NCBI GenBank assembly: GCA_000999025.1
Contig: LCFM01000002.1
Span: 436-64,435 of the forward strand
Direction: 5' to 3'
Length of the DNA stretch: 64,000 nucleotides
DNA from: Parcubacteria group bacterium GW2011_GWA2_43_13
GTDB lineage: Bacteria > Patescibacteriota > Patescibacteriia > UBA9629 > GWA2-43-13
Shown here: one piece after another, positions 50,001-60,300 of the stretch
Position numbering within the stretch: the first letter of the stretch is position 1
Layout: the number at the start of each line of letters is the position of its first letter
The notes under the pieces: generated by a model
The model's database searches: none
Seen by the model: the letters and a program-made list of their open reading frames with translations, nothing else
What the model was told of the DNA's origin: nothing
Position numbers and translations under genes: made by a program

Positions 50001-50536
50001 GGAGAATTCGGAGCGGCGTACTGACGTATCAGCATAAACGCAAGCTCATCTTCAAAAATTTGCGCATCCTCTGCTGACGCAAAATAGCCGTATTTTTCTC
50101 CCCAATACCTCCAGCATCCTGCAAGACGCGCAACCACCTGGCGCGCGCTTTTCTCCGGCCCCAATACAGACGATCCGTCTTTATCTAATAGGGGATTTCC
50201 ATAGTGATCGTATTGCGGCACTCCTGCTTTACGAAAATATTTTGATACCATAATATCTCCTGCCACTTGAGTCCATTCAGCAGGGATTTCAGCATCCTTC
50301 ATTTCAAACACAACAGATCCGTCAGGATTCGTTATGCGACTTGTTCTTTTTTCGTAGACAACCTCATCTAAAGGATTGCTACCCGGATGAGTAAATCTGC
50401 GAGTAAATCGCATGCCCTTTTCTTTTAATAAATCAGGCACTGCGTATGATGGAATGGTTACTTTTGAGTAATAACCATTCAGCCGCTCAACTTCATGAGC
50501 GACCTTTGAAGAAGGGGAAGAGGATGGGGAGGCCAT
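47009..50536 (-). CDS. nrdJ: Vitamin B12-dependent class II ribonucleotide reductase
   Basis: PNSPQWFN, PQPHACFI, SGGTTRRAA, SNPCSEY, CNLAS, IAPTGTI, SKTVN, YRDGSK, TSCPD domain, C-terminal CDQCG...CLNCG. Confidence 0.96.
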   Translation of the reverse strand: MASPSSSPSSKVAHEVERLNGYYSKVTIPSYAVPDLLKEKGMRFTRRFTHPGSNPLDEVVYEKRTSRITNPDGSVVFEMKDAEIPAEWTQVAGDIMVSKYFRKAGVPQYDHYGNPLLDKDGSSVLGPEKSARQVVARLAGCWRYWGEKYGYFASAEDAQIFEDELAFMLIRQYAAPNSPQWFNTGLQWAYGITGPAQGHYYPDPETGEVRPSEDAYTHPQPHACFILSVTDDLVNPGGIMDLWMRESRLFKYGSGTGTNFSNIRGVGETLSGGGSSSGLMSFLKIGDRAAGAIKSGGTTRRAAKMVCLNLDHPEIEEFINWKVKEEKKVAALIAAGYDSHFEGEAYTTVSGQNSNNSVRVPHTFMRMIDANGDWNLIRRIDGKPYKTVKSQDMWQKVCYAAWACADPGVQYDDTINEWHTCPQSGRIRASNPCSEYMFLDDTACNLASINLVKFYDYTTRKFDIEGYKHAIRMWTVVLEISVLMAQYPSKEIAEGSYAYRTLGLGYANLGTMLMLSGIPYDTDKARGVAGALTAILTGESYATSAEMASFLGSFPKYELNKNDMLRVIRNHRRAAYNVPREEYEHLDIYPVAIQPEYCPDDLLKAGREAWDKALLWGEQYGYRNAQTTVIAPTGTIGLLMDCDTTGVEPDFALVKFKKLAGGGYFKIANQSIQPALEALNYTPLQIDRMMKHVVGAMTLEGAPHINTETLVAKGFTIDDIAKIEEQLKGVFELSFAFNRFSLGDETLKRLGISEAVYTSPTFNLLKELGFGDQEIKEAQYYVCGTMTIEGAPEMKEEDLAVFDCANKCGNGKRYIAPIAHVKMMASVQPFISGSISKTVNLPNEATVEDISEIYRKAWEWGVKSIALYRDGSKLSQPLNTKSDAQKIEEKKNEQPVETPRWGVSIQGEIAKQEDVQEAHTPMAPTGDRPSYTPTGTMPLPLALTRGEKRSLPKKRNGITVESRVGGHKIFLRTGEYEDGTLGEIFIDMHKEGAAFRSMMNCFAIAISHALQYGVPLEKLIQSFSFTRFEPHGMTDHPNIKTATSVIDFIFRVLAMEYLGRTDLIHVMPEQTGTMLRKDEVVLNRHVQFDIIDHPVESRDGVNPVSTGTSFGFGYDESSVADGPGALSALGDTTGVNKYMSEMMGDAPACDQCGHITVRNGSCYKCLNCGNSLGCS

Positions 50537-50585
50537 ATATTTGTGTTAATGACAAAAAACAAATAACAAAGAAATGATAGAGAGA

Positions 50586-51146
50586 TTATTGGTTTTTTAT
50601 TATTGGTTTTCTGTTATTAACTATTGGGGGGTTCCCACCAAAGGCGCTGTGCCCGCCTCTGGCTGGGGGTCCGCCTTTGGCAGAGTTTTTTGTCATCCGA
50701 GGCATCAATGCGTCTACTTCCTCTTTAAATGTTTCAACATCTGAAAACTGGCGATACACAGAAGCAAATCTGATATAGGCGACCTTATCAAATTTTTTCA
50801 ACTGCCGCATAACAATATCACCAATAGCATCGCTTGGTAACTCTTGCTGGCGCTTTAATTGGATATCGCGCTCAATCGTATGGACTAACGCAGATATATC
50901 TTCTTGGGTGTATGGCCGTTTGTATAACGCGCGCTTTAACCCTGCCTGAAGTTTATCGCGCGAATACGGTTCCCTGCGACCATCGCGCTTTATCACAGCA
51001 AGTCCTAATATTTCGATTTCCTCAACTGTAGAAAAACGGAACGCGCATTTTGTGCATTCACGTCTCCTCCGCACGGTTAATCCGTCAGATGAAACACGAG
51101 AGTCAAGCACGCGAGTTTCTTGATGATGGCACCCAGGACATTGCAT
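50586..51146 (-). CDS. nrdR: Transcriptional repressor NrdR with repeat-derived tail
   Basis: CPGC, RVLDSR, RRRREC, ATP cone, VAYIRFASVY. Confidence 0.97.
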   Translation of the reverse strand: MQCPGCHHQETRVLDSRVSSDGLTVRRRRECTKCAFRFSTVEEIEILGLAVIKRDGRREPYSRDKLQAGLKRALYKRPYTQEDISALVHTIERDIQLKRQQELPSDAIGDIVMRQLKKFDKVAYIRFASVYRQFSDVETFKEEVDALMPRMTKNSAKGGPPARGGHSAFGGNPPIVNNRKPIIKNQ

Positions 51147-51230
51147 ACATGTGTATACTCCTCCCCCTCCTTTCAATACATAAAACAGAGGGTTTTTTCA
51201 TTATACTCCTTTCACAAAGCGTCGCACAAT

Positions 51231-51302
51231 TAACAATATATAGTAGTAGTAATAATCAGTATACCACAATATGTGGTATCAACGAAGAATCTCTGTGGAT
51301 AA
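51231..51302. promoter_or_regulatory. Tandem NrdR boxes and a DnaA box upstream of nrdR-nrdJ
   Basis: taaCAATATATAGtag (51231-51246), ccaCAATATGTGGtat (51264-51279), TGTGGATAA (51294-51302). Confidence 0.75.
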
Positions 51303-51425
51303 CCTCGCGTATTATGTGAGTGTCGCCAAATTCCGAAAATACATCTAACATATCGCATCCGACGAAAATCCCTCTAATACGAAAATCGGCCGTATGGCCG
51401 ATTTTATATACTCATATGAGGTTAC

Positions 51426-52670
51426 TTATCCCATTTTCTTTCGAAGAAATGTAGGAATCTCAAGATCATCTTCTGCTGGTAATTGTTTTTTATCATTCTG
51501 CCCTTTTTGCTCGCCAAACTGCGGACGCTCATTTTCTTCACTTTCGTCTTTTTGATGAAAAATAGACGGCGCTTTCTTTGTAATATCCTCTTCCCCCTGC
51601 GTCTGTTGGGATCGTTGTTGGTTGCCAAAATCCTTGCGATCGGTATGGGTTCGTGGACCGCGATCTAAGACGCCATCATTGAATCCGGTGGCAACGACAG
51701 TGATTTTGATTTCATCTCCAAGCGAATCATCAATCACAGTCCCAAAAATAACGCGCGCATTCGGGTCTGCCTGTTTGGTGATAATTTGAGCCGCTTCATG
51801 GACTTCATACATTCCAAGAGACGAGTCACCGGCAACGGTGAACAGAATCCCTTTTGCGCCATCAATGGAAACCTCAAGCAAAGGGCTATCAATCGCCGCC
51901 TTCGCCGCCTCTGCCGCGCGATTATCGCCGGTACCGCGGCCAATCCCCATAAGCGCTGAGCCCGCATTCTGCATAATGGATTTAACGTCTGCAAAATCAG
52001 CATTGATCACTCCAGGTACTGTGATTAATTCTGAAATCCCTTGCACGCCTTGGCGTAACACATCATCCACAACTTGAAACGCATCCAAAAGTGTTGTTTT
52101 TTTATCAATAATATGAAGAAGACGATCATTCGGAATGGAAATAATAGTATCAACAACATCTGCCAATTCATCAAAACCGCGTTCCGCTATCGCTTTTCTT
52201 TGCGCGCCTTCAAAACTAAACGGCTTCGTAACCACCGCAACTGTTAATGCGCCCAAATCGCGGGCAATTCTTGCAATAACAGGAGACGCGCCAGTGCCTG
52301 TACCACCGCCAAGCCCGCAGGTGATAAAAATCATATCAGCACCAGCTAATTTTTGTTCTATTTCCTCTGCGCTCTCTTCAGCCGCCCGCTTGCCCTGATC
52401 CGGCTCCATGCCAGCTCCAAGCCCACGCGTAATGGATTTACCAATCTGAATTTTACCTGGCGCTTTGCAATGCTGAATCGCTTGAGCATCGGTATTGATC
52501 GCAAGAAACTCAACTCCGCGAATCCCAACCTGCATCATCCGGCTTAATGCCGAATTCCCTGACCCACCTACGCCCACAACTTTAATTTTTGCAAATGTTT
52601 CAATATCAGGCATAACCTCTGTTACTGATGCATGTGGTTTTAAAGCGTCTTTTTTCATAAGAATAGGCAT
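51426..52670 (-). CDS. ftsZ: Cell division protein FtsZ (start uncertain)
   Basis: GVGGSG, NTDAQ, GGGTGTG, NADFADV, C-terminal LEIPTFLRK. Confidence 0.98.
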   Translation of the reverse strand: MPILMKKDALKPHASVTEVMPDIETFAKIKVVGVGGSGNSALSRMMQVGIRGVEFLAINTDAQAIQHCKAPGKIQIGKSITRGLGAGMEPDQGKRAAEESAEEIEQKLAGADMIFITCGLGGGTGTGASPVIARIARDLGALTVAVVTKPFSFEGAQRKAIAERGFDELADVVDTIISIPNDRLLHIIDKKTTLLDAFQVVDDVLRQGVQGISELITVPGVINADFADVKSIMQNAGSALMGIGRGTGDNRAAEAAKAAIDSPLLEVSIDGAKGILFTVAGDSSLGMYEVHEAAQIITKQADPNARVIFGTVIDDSLGDEIKITVVATGFNDGVLDRGPRTHTDRKDFGNQQRSQQTQGEEDITKKAPSIFHQKDESEENERPQFGEQKGQNDKKQLPAEDDLEIPTFLRKKMG

Positions 52671-52777
52671 AAAAAAAGTACTCATTCCGTGAACCCATAG
52701 TACCCCAGCCATGATAAAAAAACAAGGCGATATCTTCTACAGGTTATACACACGGCAAAATAAGGAACAATCACATA

Positions 52778-52958
52778 TAGAGACATCACACTCCAGAATC
52801 GTACTCAATAACTTGTTAAAATTATGCCTGGCTTGTTTTTCGCTTCAGGGAATTTTCGCCGTATCATTGGATACGGCTCAAATTTCCCTCGTTCCAAAAC
52901 TGCGCCAGACACAATTTTTCCTGCGTTCCAAGTCCGATTCTGGAGTGTGATGTCTCTA
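52778..52958. mobile_element. 181-bp MITE-like foldback element between ftsA and ftsZ
   Basis: 24-bp perfect terminal IR TAGAGACATCACACTCCAGAATCG; internal nested stems. Confidence 0.65.
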
Positions 52959-53006
52959 CCAAAAAACCGCGCCACAAGAGTGCGCGGAGTACTCTCTGCC
53001 ATACTA

Positions 53007-54242
53007 TTACGCTCCAAGAGAATGGAACCAATCCCTGATTTTTCCTACCCCGTGATGTACTGTTGAAAAACGAGAAAGCATGCCACTTCCGGCTTCTTGA
53101 CGCGAACGATCGCCCCACACAATCAACCCTACTGCTGTTGACAAAGCAGGATCATGCACCTTATCAATTGCGCTTGAAACATCTTTCGGATACCCGATAG
53201 ACGCAGGCAAGCGAAATTCCTTACGCGCGACATCTACCAACCCTTCTAATTTCGCTCCTCCGCCGGTTAATAAAATCCCAGCTGGTAATTTACCAGATCG
53301 CTCAATAGCTTTCAGCTCGCGATCTGCCATTTGAAAAATTTCCTCAACACGAGCAAGAATAATATCTGCAATATGTTTGCGCGATACCACTTCCTGCTCA
53401 CTATCGCCAAATTCCGATAAATCAATTTCTTCTCGCTTATCAATCTCTTCAGGCACAGCAGTGCCGTATCGAATCTTGACCAATTCAGCTGTATCAAGCG
53501 ATGTTCGAAGCCCAATGGCAATATCTGAAGTAATATGCATTGCTCCAACCGGCAAAATCGCAGTATGAATCACGTCACCTTCCTCAAAAACGGCAAGAGA
53601 GGTGGTTGCTCCGCCAATATTTAACAAACACACGCCAAGTTCTTTTTGGCGTTTATTCAGCGTTGCTTCAGCCGCGGCAAGCGGGGCAAGCACAATATCT
53701 TCAATATCAACTCCTGTTCGATAGACCGATTTGGTGATATTTTTCACCTGCGATGACAGACCTTGTATAATCTGTGCTTCCACTTCAAGACGAATACCAG
53801 TCATCCCAACAGGATCTTTAATACCTGACTGGCTATCCACAGTAAACGAACGCGGAATCACATGAAGGATTTCATAATTCGGCGGCGTTGCAACTGCCTG
53901 CGCCGCTTCAAGCGCGCGATCAACATCTTGCTCTCGAATTTCACCGTCAGCTTTCGCAACCGCAACAACGCCCCGAGAACTTTGCGAAAGAATATGAGTA
54001 CCTGCTATTGAAACATACGCATTCTTTGCCGGAATGCCTGTCATGCGCTCTGCTTTTTCAAATGCCGTTGAAATACTCGAAACAGCATCCTCAATGCTAT
54101 TGATGATTCCCTTGCTAATGCCCTCGCTGGGAACTTCGGATATACCAATAATATGCACCGGCTCTTGCGCGATCTTTTGCCCTACCACCACTCGTATCAT
54201 GGTGGAGCCGATATCTAACCCACAAATAATAGTATCTTTCAT
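53007..54242 (-). CDS. ftsA: Cell division protein FtsA
   Basis: GLDIGS, PVGMTGIRLE, NIGGATT, LTGGGAKL. Confidence 0.97.
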   Translation of the reverse strand: MKDTIICGLDIGSTMIRVVVGQKIAQEPVHIIGISEVPSEGISKGIINSIEDAVSSISTAFEKAERMTGIPAKNAYVSIAGTHILSQSSRGVVAVAKADGEIREQDVDRALEAAQAVATPPNYEILHVIPRSFTVDSQSGIKDPVGMTGIRLEVEAQIIQGLSSQVKNITKSVYRTGVDIEDIVLAPLAAAEATLNKRQKELGVCLLNIGGATTSLAVFEEGDVIHTAILPVGAMHITSDIAIGLRTSLDTAELVKIRYGTAVPEEIDKREEIDLSEFGDSEQEVVSRKHIADIILARVEEIFQMADRELKAIERSGKLPAGILLTGGGAKLEGLVDVARKEFRLPASIGYPKDVSSAIDKVHDPALSTAVGLIVWGDRSRQEAGSGMLSRFSTVHHGVGKIRDWFHSLGA

Positions 54243-54277
54243 ACATGATTATTAGTATACCATAACACGCTTACTGT

Positions 54278-54694
54278 CTACCACTTTCGCTGTAAAATTT
54301 TTTGTTCAAGCCGCTCCATAACCTGCGCAGAGCGTTCTGTATCGTGATGAACTCCGGCAGTATGCAAAAGACCATGCACCCACAGCCGCTCAAGATGCCA
54401 AGTATATGGTATGCGCAATGAATGAGATTCTTTTCGTATGACATCAGGACACAACACAATTTCCGCCTGCACGCAACGTGCTGTTTTTTCCAATACAAAT
54501 GTCAAGATATTTGTTGATGTGTCTTTTTTGCGAAAATGAGCATTCATTTTTCGAATCGCCTGCGGTTTGACAAATACCACTGAAAGGAGAACCTGATATG
54601 TTTTCAATTCCGTATGCTCAATAACTCGATCAAGGAGATAGTCAAGCCGCTTCCGACGATACCACGCGCCACATGTGTTAGTGATTTCAGTCAT
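54278..54694 (-). CDS. ybeY: rRNA maturation endoribonuclease YbeY
   Basis: FRKKDTSTNILTF, VHGLLHTAGVHH. Confidence 0.9.
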   Translation of the reverse strand: MTEITNTCGAWYRRKRLDYLLDRVIEHTELKTYQVLLSVVFVKPQAIRKMNAHFRKKDTSTNILTFVLEKTARCVQAEIVLCPDVIRKESHSLRIPYTWHLERLWVHGLLHTAGVHHDTERSAQVMERLEQKILQRKW

Positions 54695-54719
54695 ATTCAG
54701 TAAAGCCAGCCCTAAAACA

Positions 54720-56507
54720 TCAAAGAATACCATCAGGCGTTGCGATATGCACACCAGGAGTAAAACTCACAATTCCTACTCCAAGACAAAAAGAAAATTC
54801 ATACAGCGCGCACGATCCGGTTGCTGTGCATTCTTTTCGCGATGAATCAAGCGCTCGATACTGGAAACGGTTTTTGTCGCCACATGCGCCATCTGCTGGA
54901 GTCGGCGCTTGAGGGAATTGAGGTAAATAAGAAGAGAAGGGCTTTACCTCATCACCGGAAAGCACAGTGCCTTGCGACGCATCGCCAAGCGGATATGAAT
55001 TATTATCGTTATAATACAGCTCAAGCGCAGTTTGAACTTTTTTAACCGATTCAATGCGATCAGTATCGCGAGACACTATATCTTGCGTATTTCTTTTTTG
55101 CGCTCCCTCTACTCGAAGACCCCGCGCAATCATTTCAAACGTTGTTAAAAAATTCAATTTTTGTTTGTTTCCGGATTCGTATTTGAATGAAATAATTTTT
55201 GCCACGCCAACCGCTTTGGTGAACACTGTTTTTTCATCTGCAGTCCACAATAAATCAAGGTTCTGAAACGATTGCACCCTCATTGTTTCCAAAGACGCTG
55301 ATTGATTATGCGCTTGATACCAATCAAGCAATGACGCATTATCCAAATTTTGATCCACTGTAACAGAAATATATTCTTCATCAGTCGTGGTCGCGATAAT
55401 CACTTCATTTTGGGACTGATCGTCAACCGGTTCAGCGGCCCATGATCCGGGATATAATAATGTGTAGCCATGGATCGGATTCGCATAAATCGCTATTTTA
55501 TCATCTTGAGCAAGCCGCGCTTCGCCTTGCTTTCGAGGTGAAAACAAATTCAATACTTCAGCGCCATCGCGATAACTGTCTTTGTCAGTATCAGCAATAG
55601 TAGGATCAGTGCCGTATAAAAATTCTTCCAAATCAGCCAACCCATCGCCATCAGTATCATCGCTCCTTTCCGGCTTGGCGCTCGGTTGCGCTAATTGTTC
55701 TGGTGTCTCTGATTCCGGAACACGCGCAGAAATCACTGCTTGTTCAGACACTATGCCATATGAATCAGCGCTCACTGCGGAAAGAAGCACTGTGGCTTGT
55801 GATTTTTCAGCATCAAAAAAACTGTTTTCCAAAATAGTCCATTCTTCTTTTTCTTCATTCCATGTTGCAATGCGCAGGTCCTTCTGTGTGATATCTTCCG
55901 CCGGAATGGCAATAGACAAAGAAAGCGGTGTGAGGACAGGCGCAACAGGCCGTATGATATATTCGCCATATATACCCTTTCTTTTCATATCCTTGGCATC
56001 ATCGGAGATGGATTTACCAACCAAGGTAAATGATACGCTCTGTTCGTTTTCAGGAACCAACAGTGTGGCACGTGAAATAATTTTTCCAGCTCCGTTCCTT
56101 ACTGCCGCTTCAATCGTTTTTGGCGCCACAATGGATTGTTCCTCTTGTTGCGGCGCACTCTGTTCAATCTGATTTTGCGCAGAAATTTGCTGATTGACAC
56201 CACTGGTTGCCTGCGGTGCTACAAACCGCTTCCCAACAAAAATCCACAACACAACCCCAATAATAACAATCCAAATAATAACAATCAGCCCAATAAGCAA
56301 CCCTTTTGATTGTTTCTTCACTACAGGCGTGCCGGCATGGTGTGACGGCAAAAACCGCTCCGGAATCGTGTGGATTGGAACATGGGGAGCAGAAACAAAT
56401 AGTGCTACCCCCTCTGTTGAAGTATTATGAGAAGGGGTGGCTTGCGACACCAGCGCTATTGCTCCTCCTGCTGTTGGTTGTATTGAAGACACTCCTGTTT
56501 CTGGCAT
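54720..56507 (-). CDS. Membrane-anchored surface protein: DxDxDG Ca-binding repeats, PsbP-like segment, C-terminal pilin-like head
   Basis: TM helix; DTDGDGLAD..E...GTDP..ADTDKD; YTLLYPGSW; RDTDRIESVKKVQTALELYYNDNNSYP. Confidence 0.75.
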   Translation of the reverse strand: MPETGVSSIQPTAGGAIALVSQATPSHNTSTEGVALFVSAPHVPIHTIPERFLPSHHAGTPVVKKQSKGLLIGLIVIIWIVIIGVVLWIFVGKRFVAPQATSGVNQQISAQNQIEQSAPQQEEQSIVAPKTIEAAVRNGAGKIISRATLLVPENEQSVSFTLVGKSISDDAKDMKRKGIYGEYIIRPVAPVLTPLSLSIAIPAEDITQKDLRIATWNEEKEEWTILENSFFDAEKSQATVLLSAVSADSYGIVSEQAVISARVPESETPEQLAQPSAKPERSDDTDGDGLADLEEFLYGTDPTIADTDKDSYRDGAEVLNLFSPRKQGEARLAQDDKIAIYANPIHGYTLLYPGSWAAEPVDDQSQNEVIIATTTDEEYISVTVDQNLDNASLLDWYQAHNQSASLETMRVQSFQNLDLLWTADEKTVFTKAVGVAKIISFKYESGNKQKLNFLTTFEMIARGLRVEGAQKRNTQDIVSRDTDRIESVKKVQTALELYYNDNNSYPLGDASQGTVLSGDEVKPFSSYLPQFPQAPTPADGACGDKNRFQYRALDSSRKECTATGSCALYEFSFCLGVGIVSFTPGVHIATPDGIL

Positions 56508-56548
56508 ACACAATTTATACTGTCATAGTTATAGAGTCATGGTCATCC

Positions 56549-57331
56549 TCACTGCGCGCTCTTGCCCGGCCCTTTAGGATTATACCCATTACGAACCTCT
56601 TGGCCATCATCAAAACCATCGCCATCAGTATCCTTTGAAAGCGGATCCGTACTATATATCTGCACTTCTTCCCGATCAGTCAACCCGTCAAAATCAGTGT
56701 CAGGAAAAAATTGATTTGTATTATACTGAACCTCATCTTGATCAGTCAGACCGTCGCCATCAGTATCAATAACAACTGGCTGATCTTGTGGAAGTTGTTC
56801 TTGAGGCGTGTCTTGTAATTGATCATCAGGGGAAAGCGCGTCAAGGTTAGATGTGGTTGTATCATTTTCCTGTGTCGGTTGAACATCTGATTCACTTTCA
56901 GTTTCAGTGGCAGGAATAGAATCAGCAGGAATGATTGATTGCGAATCAAAGGATGGCAAATCCTCAAGCGTCGGTTGTTTCATCATCGAAAGAACTGCCA
57001 TCGCTCCACCTATAATAATAGCAATTCCCACAACCGCTATGCCGATAATGAGTATCATTTTTCTTCCGCCTTTCGGTGATTTTACTGACTGGGGTTGAGG
57101 GACACTCGGCATTGCCTTTGGCTGTATTTTACCCACAGAGACCGCTGAAGGAGGTGGCGGTGCAGATTGAGCACCCTTGTCTGTTGAGGAAAACATATCA
57201 ACAACGCCTGTGGCAGGAGCTGGTTGAACCATTGGTTCAGGAACAGAAATCGGCGCAACAGGAAGATTAGCCGGTGGCGTGCCTGCTTGCTGATCTGCTT
57301 GAGGTTGAATAGGATCAATATCATCAAACAT
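56549..57331 (-). CDS. Membrane-anchored protein with TSP3-like DTDGDG repeats
   Basis: Pro-rich N-terminus, one TM helix, three DTD(G/F)DG repeats. Confidence 0.8.
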   Translation of the reverse strand: MFDDIDPIQPQADQQAGTPPANLPVAPISVPEPMVQPAPATGVVDMFSSTDKGAQSAPPPPSAVSVGKIQPKAMPSVPQPQSVKSPKGGRKMILIIGIAVVGIAIIIGGAMAVLSMMKQPTLEDLPSFDSQSIIPADSIPATETESESDVQPTQENDTTTSNLDALSPDDQLQDTPQEQLPQDQPVVIDTDGDGLTDQDEVQYNTNQFFPDTDFDGLTDREEVQIYSTDPLSKDTDGDGFDDGQEVRNGYNPKGPGKSAQ

Positions 57332-57350
57332 AGAGAAAAAAAATTAAAAA

Positions 57351-60300
57351 CTATGGTGAAATAACAACATTAACACACTGATTTTCCTGTTCACTGCCCG
57401 AGGTCGCAGGCCCGGAAGGAATTGTCATCATTGGAGCGTCATCAACCCCTACCCATGTAACGCGCTCAAACTCAAAGTGCGCTTTTATATCAAATCTATC
57501 CTGATCAACATACCGATACTGATACACATATGATTCTGGCTTACACACAAACCGCAATCCAATGAGTTGCGCCTTATTCCAGCACGTTGACTGATCATAC
57601 CCTAAAGGACAATCAAAGAGATTCAACGGATCAACCGGAAAAGCCACGCCAACCTGTCGGCCCAATTCCGTTTGCCATGAATTCCATCTACTGGTTGTAT
57701 GATTCTGCTCAAAACTTCCAGCAGGAACAGGCGGATGCCCTGACGCATTGCTCTCTATCGCGCGGACAATATACGTTACGTCCATCACGCGAAGCGCGTC
57801 TCGCCTGAACCGTTCACGCGTTGATTCTGAAGAAAGATTCGTATTAAAGGTCATGCTGTTTACAAGCGCATTAAACAATTGGACAGTCCGCGGTTGAGCG
57901 CCTTCATTATATGATAAAACAGTTACTGTGGTAAAGGCATTGCTCGTACCGTCGTAATCTGCTGAACGCACATACACGCTTGTTCCGGCCCTCGCCGCAG
58001 GATACCCACCCACATTTGTTTGCTCTGTAATCTTTCCTTGCCCATCTGCTATTGGCAAACTTGCCTCCCGAACCCAGTCATCAAGCGAAAGGCGATCATC
58101 ATTTTTCCCAGTCAAAATAATAATCGCATCCGGCTCTTCCGGCTGTTCTGGATTCGGCACCTGAATATAATGAATATTCGTAAAACGAGGTCTGTCAGGG
58201 ATCTCTGTCTTTATACTCACGCGCACAGGCCATGCCTCTTCTTCCAAATCATCAATACACGCGAATGTTGCGAAGTGGGTCTTTATTCCGCTATGCGGAG
58301 ATCTGACGCGCTCCGACGGTCCATCATCAGTAAGTAAATAATTGGTATTGATTTCATTATACGACTCATCCGTGTCTTTTACGACAAAATGCTGTTTACA
58401 TGACTCAATAGTAAACGGATATTCACCAATAATTTTTGTTTTTGTTTCCGGTTCTGATAATTCAGCAATTATTTTATTAGGGATTGCGCGCGTTGTGCGA
58501 CTTGCGACAACCACAGAATGCTGGCCATTTTGTTCAGATATACGAGCGCCTTGACTTGCAATCGTCCATTTAGCAATAGGCGGAGATGAGAGCGGCTGAT
58601 TGCTTGCGGAAAACGGCACGCCGACAAACAACGCTTGCGTGCCCTCATGAATATGCACCTCTGCAGTATCAGCCACCGTCATCCCGGCGACTTCAGCAGG
58701 GGCCACCTGTATCGTTGCCACGCGACATACAGTCGCGGCTGTGGTAAACGACCACACGCACGCGCCTGCATCATTTGACAAAACTGATCCGCACTTCAAC
58801 GACTCACCGTTGCGCCCCCACGATCCAGACAATAATCCAATCTCATATACCGTTGATGGGGAAAAGAGCTGACCACTCGCTGGCCGTATCTGCAAAAGAC
58901 GGCCATCTATTGTTATTTTTCTTCCTGGCACAGAAGGGTTCATCGCTATGAGAGAATCAACCACTGAAGTAGACGCAATTCCGCGATCAAATACTACTTG
59001 AATCAAGCTATTTGTGCATACTTGCGTTGCTTGATCCAGTGGGGCGATATCCACAATAGTCGGTGGGCCGCTGTCTTCACTCCCTTCATGTTCACACGCC
59101 TTAATACTGCCATACGAATATGACACCTCACACGCGCCTTCATTGCAGAGCAATCCATACTCAACAGAGGTTGCTGAAATAATTACATCTCCCATATCAG
59201 CTGTATCTATGTTCCCATCGCGATTGACATCTTCACGCGGACACCCAACGCCTCCAGAGCATAATGGACTCGTTTTCCCTTCTCCAAAACGGCGCGATAT
59301 ATCAATAACCAATTGCGCGCTCGTTTGATCAATAGAGATCACATGAGGAAGGGGAGATTGCATCTGCAAGCGCAACTCGGTATTCTCTGATGGTTTTTGT
59401 TCAACATCACCAATAACAAATTGAAGAACCTTGGTTACGCCTGATGTTGCGCTGGAAAGAGCAATCATACGGCTGACATCCGAGCCCCCAACCTGCTCAA
59501 ACACTTTCAGATTCGCAACAGGAAAAGCAGAAGGGGAAACATACTTATCAAGCGTAACGGTGAGTGTTGCGCGGCATGTTGTTCCTGCGCGCGCGCCATC
59601 AGCAGTGATAGACACAATCCGTATTTGACGAGCAGGATCAGGGATATCAGAACACTCATCACCTGTACATCCTGATCCTTTAGTTGACAAAACAGCGTCA
59701 ATCGGAGCAGTGGCGTCAATATCACCAATAAATGTCCTCATCATGGCTTCAGAATCTGTTAAGTCCGGAAACGCTTTCAATGCCTGAATCTGAAACCGCT
59801 GACTTGGAGGATGAGGATTGGGATTGGAAACCACATACTCAATGCCATGCACCATAACAAAATCAGCTCTGCGGGAGCTCGGATATGCCGGCTCACCTGA
59901 ATCCTGCGCAAATACAGTAATTGTCGCATCCTCACGCGCGCCTACTTTAAGAGAATACTCGCTTTTATTAAATACAATACCAACAACAGGCGCAGGGCCA
60001 CGCGTTACGGAAAATTGATATGAACACGCTTCAGCATTCAGCCCTTTTGCACGTGAACAATCAAGCACTGCTGTCGGCGCTGTGGTTGTTTTTAATGCAG
60101 ATGTATTCAGCGCGACGTTATACGACGCGTTCAAATCAAAATCAATTGGAGATTCAGTTGCGCTCCCTTTGTTCGCAAGTCGGCGTATACGAATTTTTGA
60201 CGGATCAATAAATTCGATAGCGCTGGACCCGTCAGGATTGCGGCTCAAATTCGCCGCGTCTCCTTGCTTGGTAAGTTGAATCGCATCAGGCGTCGCAGTT

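Noticed and set aside
47009-50536. Intein or intron in the long NrdJ (also checked DnaB)
   Set aside because: No C...HN splice motifs or LAGLIDADG seen; the length is explained by the long NrdJ subtype with TSCPD and zinc-ribbon domains
52805-53118. Short ORFs in the ftsA-ftsZ spacer
   Set aside because: They run through the foldback element and show no coding features
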